From NCBI GenBank assembly GCA_029259725.1, contig JAJDER010000012.1, positions 21,559-85,558 on the forward strand: a DNA stretch of 64,000 nucleotides, read 5' to 3'. Positions 36,541 to 44,662 of this stretch are shown one piece after another; the stretch's first letter is position 1, and every line of letters begins with the position of its first letter. The notes beneath the pieces are model-generated. The model worked only from the letters and a program-made list of their open reading frames with translations. It ran no database searches and was not told the DNA's origin. The stretch comes from Planctomycetota bacterium. GTDB lineage: Bacteria > Planctomycetota > B15-G4. A program made the translations under genes and the position numbers.

Positions 36541-36712
36541 GGAGGGTCTCCGTGTCTGGCGGGGGCGGGTCCCGCGATCATCCCAGGGTCGGGCGTGGGT
36601 CGCCACCCGGTGGAATGTCGCCGGATGCACTCGCTCTTCCCGCCGACCGAGGCCATGATTCGCGCTCCGAAGGGCGGGACACCCCGGACGACCGGCCGAG
36701 GCGGTGGTGGAG

Positions 36713-38086
36713 ATGGCGATGGCGACAGCGACGACACGGCCCTGGGACGAGTTGGCCGAGATGCTGGCTGCGGAGGCGGACGCGACCGCTCTCGAGTCCT
36801 ACCTTGACGGCCTGACCGACGGCGATGTCGTGCTCGCCGTCTCGCGCCTCGACGCCGAGGCGCGCGCGCACCTCCTGGCGACCCTCGATCCCGACGAAGC
36901 CGCCGACCTGGTGGAGCTGCTGCCCGAGACGCAGGTCGTGGAGGCCCTGGAGGACCTGCCGCCCAACGAGGCCGCGCGTATCGTCGAGGAGCTGCCGAGC
37001 AACGAGCAGGCGGACCTGCTCGGTGACCTCCATGAGCCCGAGGCCGAGGCGATCCTGGCGGAGATGAAGCCCGGCCCGGCGCAGAGGTTGCGCCGCCTGG
37101 CGGCCTACCCCGATGACGTGGCCGGCGGCCTGATGATCACCGAGCGCCTGGCCTACCGGCCGAGCCGGACCGTGGCCGCAGTCGTGTCGGACCTGCGTCT
37201 CCACGCCGAGGAGTACCAGGACTACGACATCCAGTACATCTACGTGCTCACGCGTGTCGGGCGGCTGTTGGGAGTGCTGCGCATGCGCGACCTGCTGCTC
37301 GCGCCCGAGAGCCAACGCGTGCGCGACCTCATGCGGCGCGACACGGAGACCGTGCCCGACGACATGTCGCTCGAGGAGTTGCGCCGGCTGTTCGAACGCC
37401 ATCCCTACTACGGCGTGCCGGTGGTGGACGCCCAGCAGCGGCTGCTCGGCATCGTGCAGAGGGCCGATGTCGAGGAGGCCGTGACCGAGCGCACCGAGCG
37501 CGACTTCCAGCGCGTGCAGGGTGTGATCTCGGGCGAGGAGCTGCGCAGCATGCCCCTGCTGCTGCGGTCGCGCCGGCGCCTGGCGTGGCTGGCCGTCAAC
37601 GTGGTGCTCAACATCCTGGCCGCCACGGTCATCGCGTTCCACGAGGACACGTTGACGGCGGTCATCGCGCTGGCCGTGTTCCTGCCGATCATCTCGGACA
37701 TGAGTGGCTGCTCGGGCAACCAGGCGGTGGCCGTCACGCTGCGCGAGTTGTCCCTGGGTGTGGTGGCGCCCACCGAGGCCCGGCGCGTGTGGCGCAAGGA
37801 ACTCGGCGTGGGCGTGATCAACGGCATCGTGCTCGGTCTGCTGGTGGCGCTCGCGGCCTGGGCCTGGAAGGGCAACCCCTGGCTGGGGCTCGTCGTCGGC
37901 ACGGCCATGGCCGTCAACACGCTCGTCGCCGTCTCCCTGGGGGGCACCCTGCCGCTCATCCTGCGCCGGGTCGGTGTCGACCCCGCGCTGGCGGCGGGGC
38001 CCCTGCTCACGACCGTGACGGACATGGCCGGCTTCCTGCTCGTGCTCAGTCTGGCCAGCAGCCTGCTGCCACGGCTCGTGTCATGA
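36713..38086 (+). CDS. mgtE: Magnesium transporter MgtE
   Basis: N-terminal MgtE_N helical repeats (EAADLVELLPETQVVEALEDLPPNEAARIVEELPSNEQADLLGDL), CBS pair and C-terminal TM domain with ISDMSGCSGNQA and TTVTDMAGF. ATG 36713 (GTG 36704 possible). Confidence 0.9.
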   Translation: MAMATATTRPWDELAEMLAAEADATALESYLDGLTDGDVVLAVSRLDAEARAHLLATLDPDEAADLVELLPETQVVEALEDLPPNEAARIVEELPSNEQADLLGDLHEPEAEAILAEMKPGPAQRLRRLAAYPDDVAGGLMITERLAYRPSRTVAAVVSDLRLHAEEYQDYDIQYIYVLTRVGRLLGVLRMRDLLLAPESQRVRDLMRRDTETVPDDMSLEELRRLFERHPYYGVPVVDAQQRLLGIVQRADVEEAVTERTERDFQRVQGVISGEELRSMPLLLRSRRRLAWLAVNVVLNILAATVIAFHEDTLTAVIALAVFLPIISDMSGCSGNQAVAVTLRELSLGVVAPTEARRVWRKELGVGVINGIVLGLLVALAAWAWKGNPWLGLVVGTAMAVNTLVAVSLGGTLPLILRRVGVDPALAAGPLLTTVTDMAGFLLVLSLASSLLPRLVS

Positions 38087-38146
38087 TCGGCGGAGTGCAG
38101 CTGCCGCGACGGGCGGCGCCCGCGGCCGGCGAGAGGATCGAGCCGC

Positions 38147-39178
38147 TCAGAGCGTGGCCAGCTCGACGTTGGTGAACCGGCCCGGCTCGGCCCTCCTGGA
38201 CTCCACCTTCCGCTCGAGCGACTCGACCACGACCGGAGCGAAGTCCACCTTCTCGAACAGTTGCGCGCTGCCGAGCCCGCCCGGGCTGAAGACGTTGATC
38301 TCCATCAGCTTGTCGCCGGCGAGGTCCAGCCCCACGAGGAACATGCCGTCCTCGATCAGGCGCGGGCGCACCTCCTCCGCGACGCGCAACATCGACTCGT
38401 CGACCTCGGCCCGGCGCAGCTTGCCGCCCGCATGGATGTTGCTGCGCAGGTCGTCACCGGTGCGGATGCGACGGAAGGCCGCGTACCGGCCCTGCTGCAC
38501 GAGCGGGAGTCCGTTCATCAGGAACATCCGGGTGTCCCCGGCCGCCGCGGCGGGCAGGTACTCCTGGGCGATCAGGTAGCCGTCGCGCGTCACGGCGCCC
38601 ACGATCTCGTCGAAGTTGCGTCGGTCCTCGCGGCGCAGGATGAACACGCCGCTCCCGCCCGAGCCGAGCAGCGGCTTGACGATGATGACGCCCTCGTCCT
38701 CCAGGAACGACCGGATGCGGTCCCGGCTGCGGGTCACGAGGGTCCGCGGGCGGACCCGTTCGGGAAAGGTCTGCAGGTAGAGCTTGTTGGACGCCTTGGC
38801 CAGGCCGTTGGGATCGTTCAGCACGAGCACGCCGCGTCGCATCGCGAGTCGTCCGAACTGGACCCCTGCGAATTGCGCCCACGGATGTTGCGCCGCCGGG
38901 TTGCTGCGCAGGAACAACACGTCGCATTCGTCGAGCACGACGGTGGCCTGGATCGCCTTGCTGCTCCTCAGGGCCTGCAGGAAGCTGTCCGACGTGTAGT
39001 GGCCGGGGGGCACCGTCCGCGCGTGCCCGCCGAGCGTGTCGTCCGGGTTGTAGGCCAGGGTGCCGGTACTCAGGATCCATGCGTCGTGCCCGCGGTTGAC
39101 GCACTCCGCGGCCAGTCGGTAGGTCGTCGCCCCCGAGGCATCGCTGTCCATCACGTTGACGACGAAACCGATCTTCAT
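38147..39178 (-). CDS. Glutathione-synthetase-like ATP-grasp ligase, paralogue 1
   Basis: 343 aa from ATG 39178 (MKIGFVVN...). It aligns along its length with E. coli GshB as I recall that sequence (LDVLFLRSNP, NDPNGLAKASNK, IVKPLLGSGGSGVF, IAQEYLPAAAAGDTRMF, RSNIHAGGK, MFLVGLDLAGDKLMEINVFSP). The ORF-track extension to 41764 is an artefact. ATGA overlap with the upstream gene. Confidence 0.85.
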   Translation of the reverse strand: MKIGFVVNVMDSDASGATTYRLAAECVNRGHDAWILSTGTLAYNPDDTLGGHARTVPPGHYTSDSFLQALRSSKAIQATVVLDECDVLFLRSNPAAQHPWAQFAGVQFGRLAMRRGVLVLNDPNGLAKASNKLYLQTFPERVRPRTLVTRSRDRIRSFLEDEGVIIVKPLLGSGGSGVFILRREDRRNFDEIVGAVTRDGYLIAQEYLPAAAAGDTRMFLMNGLPLVQQGRYAAFRRIRTGDDLRSNIHAGGKLRRAEVDESMLRVAEEVRPRLIEDGMFLVGLDLAGDKLMEINVFSPGGLGSAQLFEKVDFAPVVVESLERKVESRRAEPGRFTNVELATL

Positions 39179-41112
39179 GCGTCTTCGACCTCGGCCAGGT
39201 CCTCGCGCACGAGCTGGAGGACGGAGCCGTCGCCGTCGCGAGTGCGCGCCAGCCGCTCGGTGGTGTCCGCACGGGTCAGGTAGCGAGGCTCGAGCGGTGG
39301 CGGCAGCAGGACCTCGCGGTGCTGCAGTTCCTGGATGATGGGCAGGTGCGCGAGTGCGAACTTCCCGCTGTAGAGCGGCGCCAGGTCGTGACCCTGGCGA
39401 ACGTATCGGACGACGGACTGCAGGCCTCGCAGGTAGACGACGTCCTTGGTCAGGCCGCCGCCGCGATAGACCCGCATCGTCGTCGTGTAGGCCATCCGCG
39501 GTGAGAAGCCGTGCGTCTCGCGGAGATTGTCGAAGCTCTCGACGAAGGAGGCGCCGGCGACCAGGTGTTGCGCCGTGACGACGCGTGCCGCGAGCTGACG
39601 CATGCGGTCCCGACTCAGCCCGCCCACCAGATACTCGGCGAACACGGCCAGGCCCTCCTGCAGCTCTTCGTACGCGGACAGGCCGGAGTAGAGCTGCCGG
39701 AACGGTTGCGCCCGGCCGTTGTAGTAGGTGAGCACGTGCGTGCCGACCTCGTGCGCCAGCAACGCCTCGACCCGCGAGCGCGGCACGCTCAGGTCCCGGT
39801 TGATCATCAGCTTGCCGCGCGACACGATCAGGCCCGTCACGTTCTTGGTGATCCTCGCCGTGGCGTCGAAGTCGGGGCACGCCCGCCGGTAGTGATCGAA
39901 CTCCGCCCGTGCGAAGCCGGCGAACTGCTCGGCGTCCACGCGCATCTCGCTCGTGGTCGCCCGGGACGTCCGCGGCAGGCTGGTGAGCAGGTTCTCGGCG
40001 AGCGCGACCAGCTCGTCGTCCACCGCGCCGAACAGCTGGAGGCTCTCGTGCACGAAGCGGGGCGTGTCGCGATCCCGGAGCATCGTGAGCTTGAGTTCGA
40101 GTTCCTCCTGCTTGTCCAGGAACAGGTGCTGCAGGGCGGGATCCTCGATGCGCTCGATCGGGATCTGGTAGAGCCTGCGCTTCAGCAAGCCGGTGTCGAT
40201 CGGGAGCGGGCGGTAGTGGAACGCGGGAACGCGCTCGAAGCCGCTGCCCTTGAACACCTCGTAGGCGGCGTTCGAGTTGACCGGATTGAGCAACAGCAGG
40301 TAGTCGAAGGCATCGCTCACCGCAGCCAGTCGCCGGTCGACCTCCCAGACCGCCTTCACCACGGCCCGACGGCCCAGGGTGTGGTAGTGCTCCGGGGAGC
40401 GCGTCGTGTGCGAGCACGTGAACTCGAAGAACGCCTGACGCAGGGCGAGGCCCAGGCTGCGTCGTAGCGAGCGCATCACCGGCGGGTACTGTTGATCCGA
40501 TTCCGGACGCCGGTACACGGGCGGCACGGCGAGCCCGATGATGGCGCAGTGCGCCGCCGCGGCAGCCTCCGGCGAGAGCAGCGGTCCCAGGCCGGGGGGC
40601 TGGCAGTCGCCGTCCAGCTCCACGTTGGCCAGGACGCCCTGCTTGAGCACCTTGATCGACACGAGTCGCGACCGCAGCACGTCGACGGTGCGATCCATGC
40701 CACCGTCCTCGGGGGCGTGCACCGTGAACGTGGGTCGGACCGTGGGAACGGCCGGGTCGTTGGCGCGGCCACCGTCGGGCGCGGACCACAGCTCCACGAT
40801 CAGGAAGGAGCCGAACACACCGGACAGCTCGGCGCTGACACGATGCAGGAGGGCCCGGACCTGGGCGTCGTGGCGGGGGTCGGCGGGCGCGATCAGGTAC
40901 GAGGCGCTGGTCTTGACGAGCTGATCCGTGCCGACGTCCTTGCGATCGTGCGGCCGGCGGTAGACGCACAGGAAGGGCAGCTGCCGGTCCACGTGCAACC
41001 GGCCTCCGTCGGGCAGGCTGCGTCGGACGCGCTGGTTGTTCGCCAGGCGTTTGCACACGGCTTCGATCAGCGCATCCGAGATCTCGTTCCCGCCTCGGCG
41101 CGGCTTCTTCAC
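39175..41112 (-). CDS. DUF1704 / TIGR02421-type QEGLA-motif metallopeptidase-like protein (MATCAP-like fold)
   Basis: 645 aa, GTG start 41112. LLAHEVGTHVL (HExxxH) is followed 24 residues later by ELQEGLAVFAEY. GTGA overlap with the upstream regulator and ATGA overlap with the downstream ligase. Confidence 0.85.
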   Translation of the reverse strand: MKKPRRGGNEISDALIEAVCKRLANNQRVRRSLPDGGRLHVDRQLPFLCVYRRPHDRKDVGTDQLVKTSASYLIAPADPRHDAQVRALLHRVSAELSGVFGSFLIVELWSAPDGGRANDPAVPTVRPTFTVHAPEDGGMDRTVDVLRSRLVSIKVLKQGVLANVELDGDCQPPGLGPLLSPEAAAAAHCAIIGLAVPPVYRRPESDQQYPPVMRSLRRSLGLALRQAFFEFTCSHTTRSPEHYHTLGRRAVVKAVWEVDRRLAAVSDAFDYLLLLNPVNSNAAYEVFKGSGFERVPAFHYRPLPIDTGLLKRRLYQIPIERIEDPALQHLFLDKQEELELKLTMLRDRDTPRFVHESLQLFGAVDDELVALAENLLTSLPRTSRATTSEMRVDAEQFAGFARAEFDHYRRACPDFDATARITKNVTGLIVSRGKLMINRDLSVPRSRVEALLAHEVGTHVLTYYNGRAQPFRQLYSGLSAYEELQEGLAVFAEYLVGGLSRDRMRQLAARVVTAQHLVAGASFVESFDNLRETHGFSPRMAYTTTMRVYRGGGLTKDVVYLRGLQSVVRYVRQGHDLAPLYSGKFALAHLPIIQELQHREVLLPPPLEPRYLTRADTTERLARTRDGDGSVLQLVREDLAEVEDA

Positions 41113-42557
41113 GAGTCAGGTCTCCGGCGAGGTGGGCGGCGCGGTGGCTTGAACTCCTCCTTGCGCAGCCCGTACCGGCGCATGCGTTCGTACAGCGAGC
41201 GTGGATCGACGTCCGCGCGGCGGGCGGCCTCGGCCACGCGGCCTCCGGCGGCTCGCAGGACTCTGGCGAGGTAGGCGCGCTCCACGACCTCGAGGGTCTG
41301 ACTGCGCAGGCTTCGCAGCGTCGGCAGGTGGGCCGGGTCGTGCAGCCAGGGGGCCTCCAGCACGAGAAAGCCTCCGTCCGGGGGGGGCAGCGGGCGCGCC
41401 AGCAGGTCCGGCGGGAGATCCTCCAGCCCGATCCGATCCCCGCGGGAGAGCAGGGTAGAGCGCTCCACGACGCTCCAGAGTTCACACACGTTGCCGGGCC
41501 ACGTGTGTTGCTGCAGGGCGTCCAACGCGGATGGCGTGAAGCCGTCGACCGCCAGCCCGTAGCGGGCCCGGCACTTGCGATGGGCCGCGAGAGCGAGATC
41601 CGGCACATCCTCCGGGCGGTCGCGCAGCGGTGGTGTCGTGAGCTGGGCCAGCCCCAGACGGCGATGGAGTCCCGGATGCAGGTCCCCGCGCTCGACATGG
41701 GACTCGGGCGCATCGGCGACCGAGGCCAGGATCCGGACGTCGACGTGGAAGCGGTGGCGTCCACCGACGCGCTGGCACTCGCCCGTGTCGAGCACCTCCA
41801 GCAGCTTGGCCTGCAGGCGAAGTGGGGCGCGTTCGATGCGTTCCAGGAACAGGGTGCCCCCGTGTGCGCGCTCCATGACGCCGCGCCCGGCCGTCGGCGG
41901 GCCCGCGAGCGCCTCCGCCGCGTGCCCGAAGAGGGCGCTGTCGAGCGTCTCCTCCGGGCTGTCGCTGCAGCGGAGACTCTGGAACGGCCCCTGTGATCTC
42001 GCGCTCTCGCCGTGCAGGACGGGGCCGAGCCAGGTCTTGCCGCTGCCGGGTTCGCCCTGGATCAGGACCGGTGAGCCGCTCGCCGCGAGGCGCCGGGCCG
42101 CGTCCTGGAAGCGACGGATGGCCAGACTGCGGGTGCCCAGGGCATCCAGGCGGCGATCGAGTCGCGGCCGGGTCACCACGCGGCGGTCGCGCTCCGCGCT
42201 GGTCCGGGCGGCGATGGTCTCGAGCGCGTCCCCGAGCCTCTCGACGTCCGTGCCGGCCTCGAGCACGGCCAGGCAGCCGGCGGCCAGGCAGGCCTGTCGT
42301 TCCAGCCCGTCGGACCGGCCGATCAGGATCACGTCCGGTGCGCCGGGGGCGGCCCGGAGGGCTCGCACGAAACCCGCCGGATCCTCGCTCAGCAAGGCCG
42401 TGCCCAGGATCACCAGGTCGACGACATCCGTGCGCACCGCCGCCCAGAGCTGCGGCGCACCCTCGGCGAGCGTGACCAGCGACCGACGAGCCAGTGCCGC
42501 TCGCACGCGCTCCAGATCTGGGGAGCCGGGGATGCAGAGCAGGATCCGGAGCAGCAT
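41109..42557 (-). CDS. Degenerate NtrC-family enhancer-binding-protein-like regulator (pseudo-receiver + AAA+ + Fis HTH)
   Basis: ATG 42557 (MLLRILLCIPG...). Walker A GEPGSGKT is intact. GAFTGA is replaced by EALAGP, Walker B reads TLFLERI instead of FLDEI, the FRxDL arginine region reads LHPGL, and the receiver acidic pocket and phospho-Asp are absent. C-terminal HTH GGRVAEAARRADVDPRSLYERMRRYGL. Confidence 0.8.
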   Translation of the reverse strand: MLLRILLCIPGSPDLERVRAALARRSLVTLAEGAPQLWAAVRTDVVDLVILGTALLSEDPAGFVRALRAAPGAPDVILIGRSDGLERQACLAAGCLAVLEAGTDVERLGDALETIAARTSAERDRRVVTRPRLDRRLDALGTRSLAIRRFQDAARRLAASGSPVLIQGEPGSGKTWLGPVLHGESARSQGPFQSLRCSDSPEETLDSALFGHAAEALAGPPTAGRGVMERAHGGTLFLERIERAPLRLQAKLLEVLDTGECQRVGGRHRFHVDVRILASVADAPESHVERGDLHPGLHRRLGLAQLTTPPLRDRPEDVPDLALAAHRKCRARYGLAVDGFTPSALDALQQHTWPGNVCELWSVVERSTLLSRGDRIGLEDLPPDLLARPLPPPDGGFLVLEAPWLHDPAHLPTLRSLRSQTLEVVERAYLARVLRAAGGRVAEAARRADVDPRSLYERMRRYGLRKEEFKPPRRPPRRRPDS

Positions 42558-42629
42558 GGGACAAGGGGCGACGGCCGTCAGGGCTGCCGCTCGAGGAAGC
42601 CAGGGCGGACGTGAGCATACTCGAAACGG

Positions 42630-42668
42630 CATCTTGATTCCGATTTTCAATACATCTTGCGTCCGATT
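42630..42668. promoter_or_regulatory. Two 16-bp direct repeats (CATCTTGaTTCCGATT / CATCTTGcgTCCGATT) in the divergent promoter region
   Basis: Repeats at 42630-42645 and 42653-42668, 14/16 identical, 23 bp start-to-start. They lie in the most AT-rich patch of the 186-bp gap between the regulator operon and the FGase operon. Confidence 0.5.
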
Positions 42669-42742
42669 GGGGCGACCCGTCACACTCGGAGTCGCCGAAC
42701 AACCGACCCCGGCAGGCGACGGGGAGCCGCGAGGAAGCGTGC

Positions 42743-43558
42743 ATGCGAGCGATCTGGGAGCTGACCGAGAGAAACCTGGGCCTGCCCCTGGTCGCGACGG
42801 CCGTCCACCACGGCAGCGACCTGCGCGAGGAGCTCCATCCCCATCTGGCGTTGTCCGAGGCGGGTCGGCTCCGGGAGGAAGACCCCTACACCGGGCTTTG
42901 GACCGGCATCGCGGCGACCGGCATCGTGGTGCACCGCTCGCGCTTCGAGGTCGACCTGAACCGGCCCCGGGAGCAGGCCGTCTATCGGCAGCCCGAGGAT
43001 GCCTGGGGCCTTCGCGTCTGGAAGGGCCCCCTGCCGGACGATGTGGTCGCGCGCTCCCTGTCCGGCTACGACGCCTTCTACGCGATGCTGCACGAGCTGT
43101 ACTCCGGCTTGGCGGCTCGGCACGGGCGTTTCGTCGTCTTCGACCTGCACTCCTACAACCATCGTCGGGAAGGGCCGGACGGTCTCGCTGCCGACGTCGC
43201 CGGCAACCCGCAGGTCAACGTCGGCACGGGAACGCTCGGCGATCGCGCGCCGTGGGCCGGCGTCATCGACCGGTTCATCCACGACCTCGCCGCGTTCGAC
43301 TTTCCGGGCGGCCGACTGGACGTGCGCGAGAACGTCAAGTTCCGCGGCGGCAACGGCGGGCGCTGGGCGCACGAGACCTTCCCGGCCTCCGCATGCGTCC
43401 TGTCGATCGAGTTCAAGAAGTTCTTCATGGACGAATGGAGCGGACGCGCGGACGCGGAACTGCTCGAGGCCATCAAGGCCGCGCTCGCGAGCACGGTCCA
43501 GGGAGTCGCCGAGGAACTCGACGAGCTCCACAACCAGGACACCGGAGGAGACCCATGA
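42743..43558 (+). CDS. N-formylglutamate amidohydrolase (FGase)-family hydrolase
   Basis: 271 aa. GAGGAA upstream of the ATG. HHGSDL...EEDPYT...FEVDLNR...VVFDLHSYN...NVKFRGG pattern is typical of the FGase family. ATGA overlap with the next gene. Confidence 0.8.
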   Translation: MRAIWELTERNLGLPLVATAVHHGSDLREELHPHLALSEAGRLREEDPYTGLWTGIAATGIVVHRSRFEVDLNRPREQAVYRQPEDAWGLRVWKGPLPDDVVARSLSGYDAFYAMLHELYSGLAARHGRFVVFDLHSYNHRREGPDGLAADVAGNPQVNVGTGTLGDRAPWAGVIDRFIHDLAAFDFPGGRLDVRENVKFRGGNGGRWAHETFPASACVLSIEFKKFFMDEWSGRADAELLEAIKAALASTVQGVAEELDELHNQDTGGDP

Positions 43559-44598
43559 GACTCGGCTTCGTGGTCAATGACGTGAGTACCGAACAGGTCG
43601 GCTACACGACGATTCGACTCGCCTGCGACGCGGTCAATCGGGGCCACCAGGTCTACGTGATGGGCGCCGGGGACTTCGCCTACGACCTCGACGAGTCGAT
43701 CCGCGCCCGCGCGCGGACCGTCCCGCCGAAGAAGTACAAGTCCCACGAGACGTTCTTCGAGGACCTCACCGGCAAGAAGGCGGTCTCCGAGCGCATCTCC
43801 GTCGACGACCTCGACGTGCTCATGCTGCGGAACGTGCCCTCGGACGACGTGATCACGAGGCCCTGGGCGGCGACGATCGCCCATGAGTTCGGACGCATGG
43901 CGACGCGCCGCGGAGTCATCGTCGTCAACGATCCCAACGGACTGGCGAAGGCCGCGAGCAAGATGTACTTCCAGCTCTTCCCGGCCGAGGTCAGGCCCGC
44001 GACGCTGATCACGCGGGACCGGGACGAGATCCGGGCCATGGTCAAGGATCTGCACCGGATCGTGCTCAAGCCGCTGCAGGGCTCGGGCGGCGCGAGCGTC
44101 TTCCTGGTCCGGCCGGACGACCTGCCCAACCTCAACCAGATGATCGACGCGGTCAGTCGCGACGGCTACGTGATCGCCCAGGAGTACCTGACCGCGGCCG
44201 AGCAGGGCGACACCCGGCTGTTCGTCATGAACGGCCGCCCGCTGCGCGTGGCCGGGAAGTACGCGGCCTTCCGTCGGCTCCGGAAGGGCGACGACATGCG
44301 CAGCAACATCCACGCCGGCGGGAAGCTCGCCCCGGCCGAGATCGATTCGACCGCCCTGCGCATCGCCGAGATCGTGCGTCCCAAGCTGGTCCAGGACGGC
44401 ATGTTCCTGGTCGGCCTGGACATCGTGGGCGACAAGCTGATGGAGATCAACGTCTTCAGCCCGGGCGGCCTCGGCAGCGCGCAGAAGTTCACCAAGGTCA
44501 ACTTCAGCCGCTACGTGATCGAGGCCCTCGAGCGCAAGGCGGACTACATGGGCTTCTACGGGCGGAACTTCGACAACACCGAGGTGTGTACGCTCTGA
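43555..44598 (+). CDS. Glutathione-synthetase-like ATP-grasp ligase, paralogue 2
   Basis: 347 aa from ATG 43555 (MRLGFVVND...). Clearly paralogous to 38147-39178 (shared NDPNGLAKA, KPLQGSGGASVF, IAQEYL, GDTRLF, RSNIHAGGK, MFLVGLDIVGDKLMEINVFSPGGLGSAQ). The upstream part of ORF 41575-44598 is an artefact. Confidence 0.85.
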   Translation: MRLGFVVNDVSTEQVGYTTIRLACDAVNRGHQVYVMGAGDFAYDLDESIRARARTVPPKKYKSHETFFEDLTGKKAVSERISVDDLDVLMLRNVPSDDVITRPWAATIAHEFGRMATRRGVIVVNDPNGLAKAASKMYFQLFPAEVRPATLITRDRDEIRAMVKDLHRIVLKPLQGSGGASVFLVRPDDLPNLNQMIDAVSRDGYVIAQEYLTAAEQGDTRLFVMNGRPLRVAGKYAAFRRLRKGDDMRSNIHAGGKLAPAEIDSTALRIAEIVRPKLVQDGMFLVGLDIVGDKLMEINVFSPGGLGSAQKFTKVNFSRYVIEALERKADYMGFYGRNFDNTEVCTL

Positions 44599-44662
44599 GG
44601 CATCGGCTGGCAGGTCGCGGCCCGGCAGGGTCGCCGCGGGGGGATTCGGGGGAGGACACTCC

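Noticed and set aside
36541-36712. Mg2+ (M-box) riboswitch upstream of mgtE.
   Set aside because: I could not recognise M-box core motifs in the 170-nt leader. A covariance-model scan would be needed before any claim.
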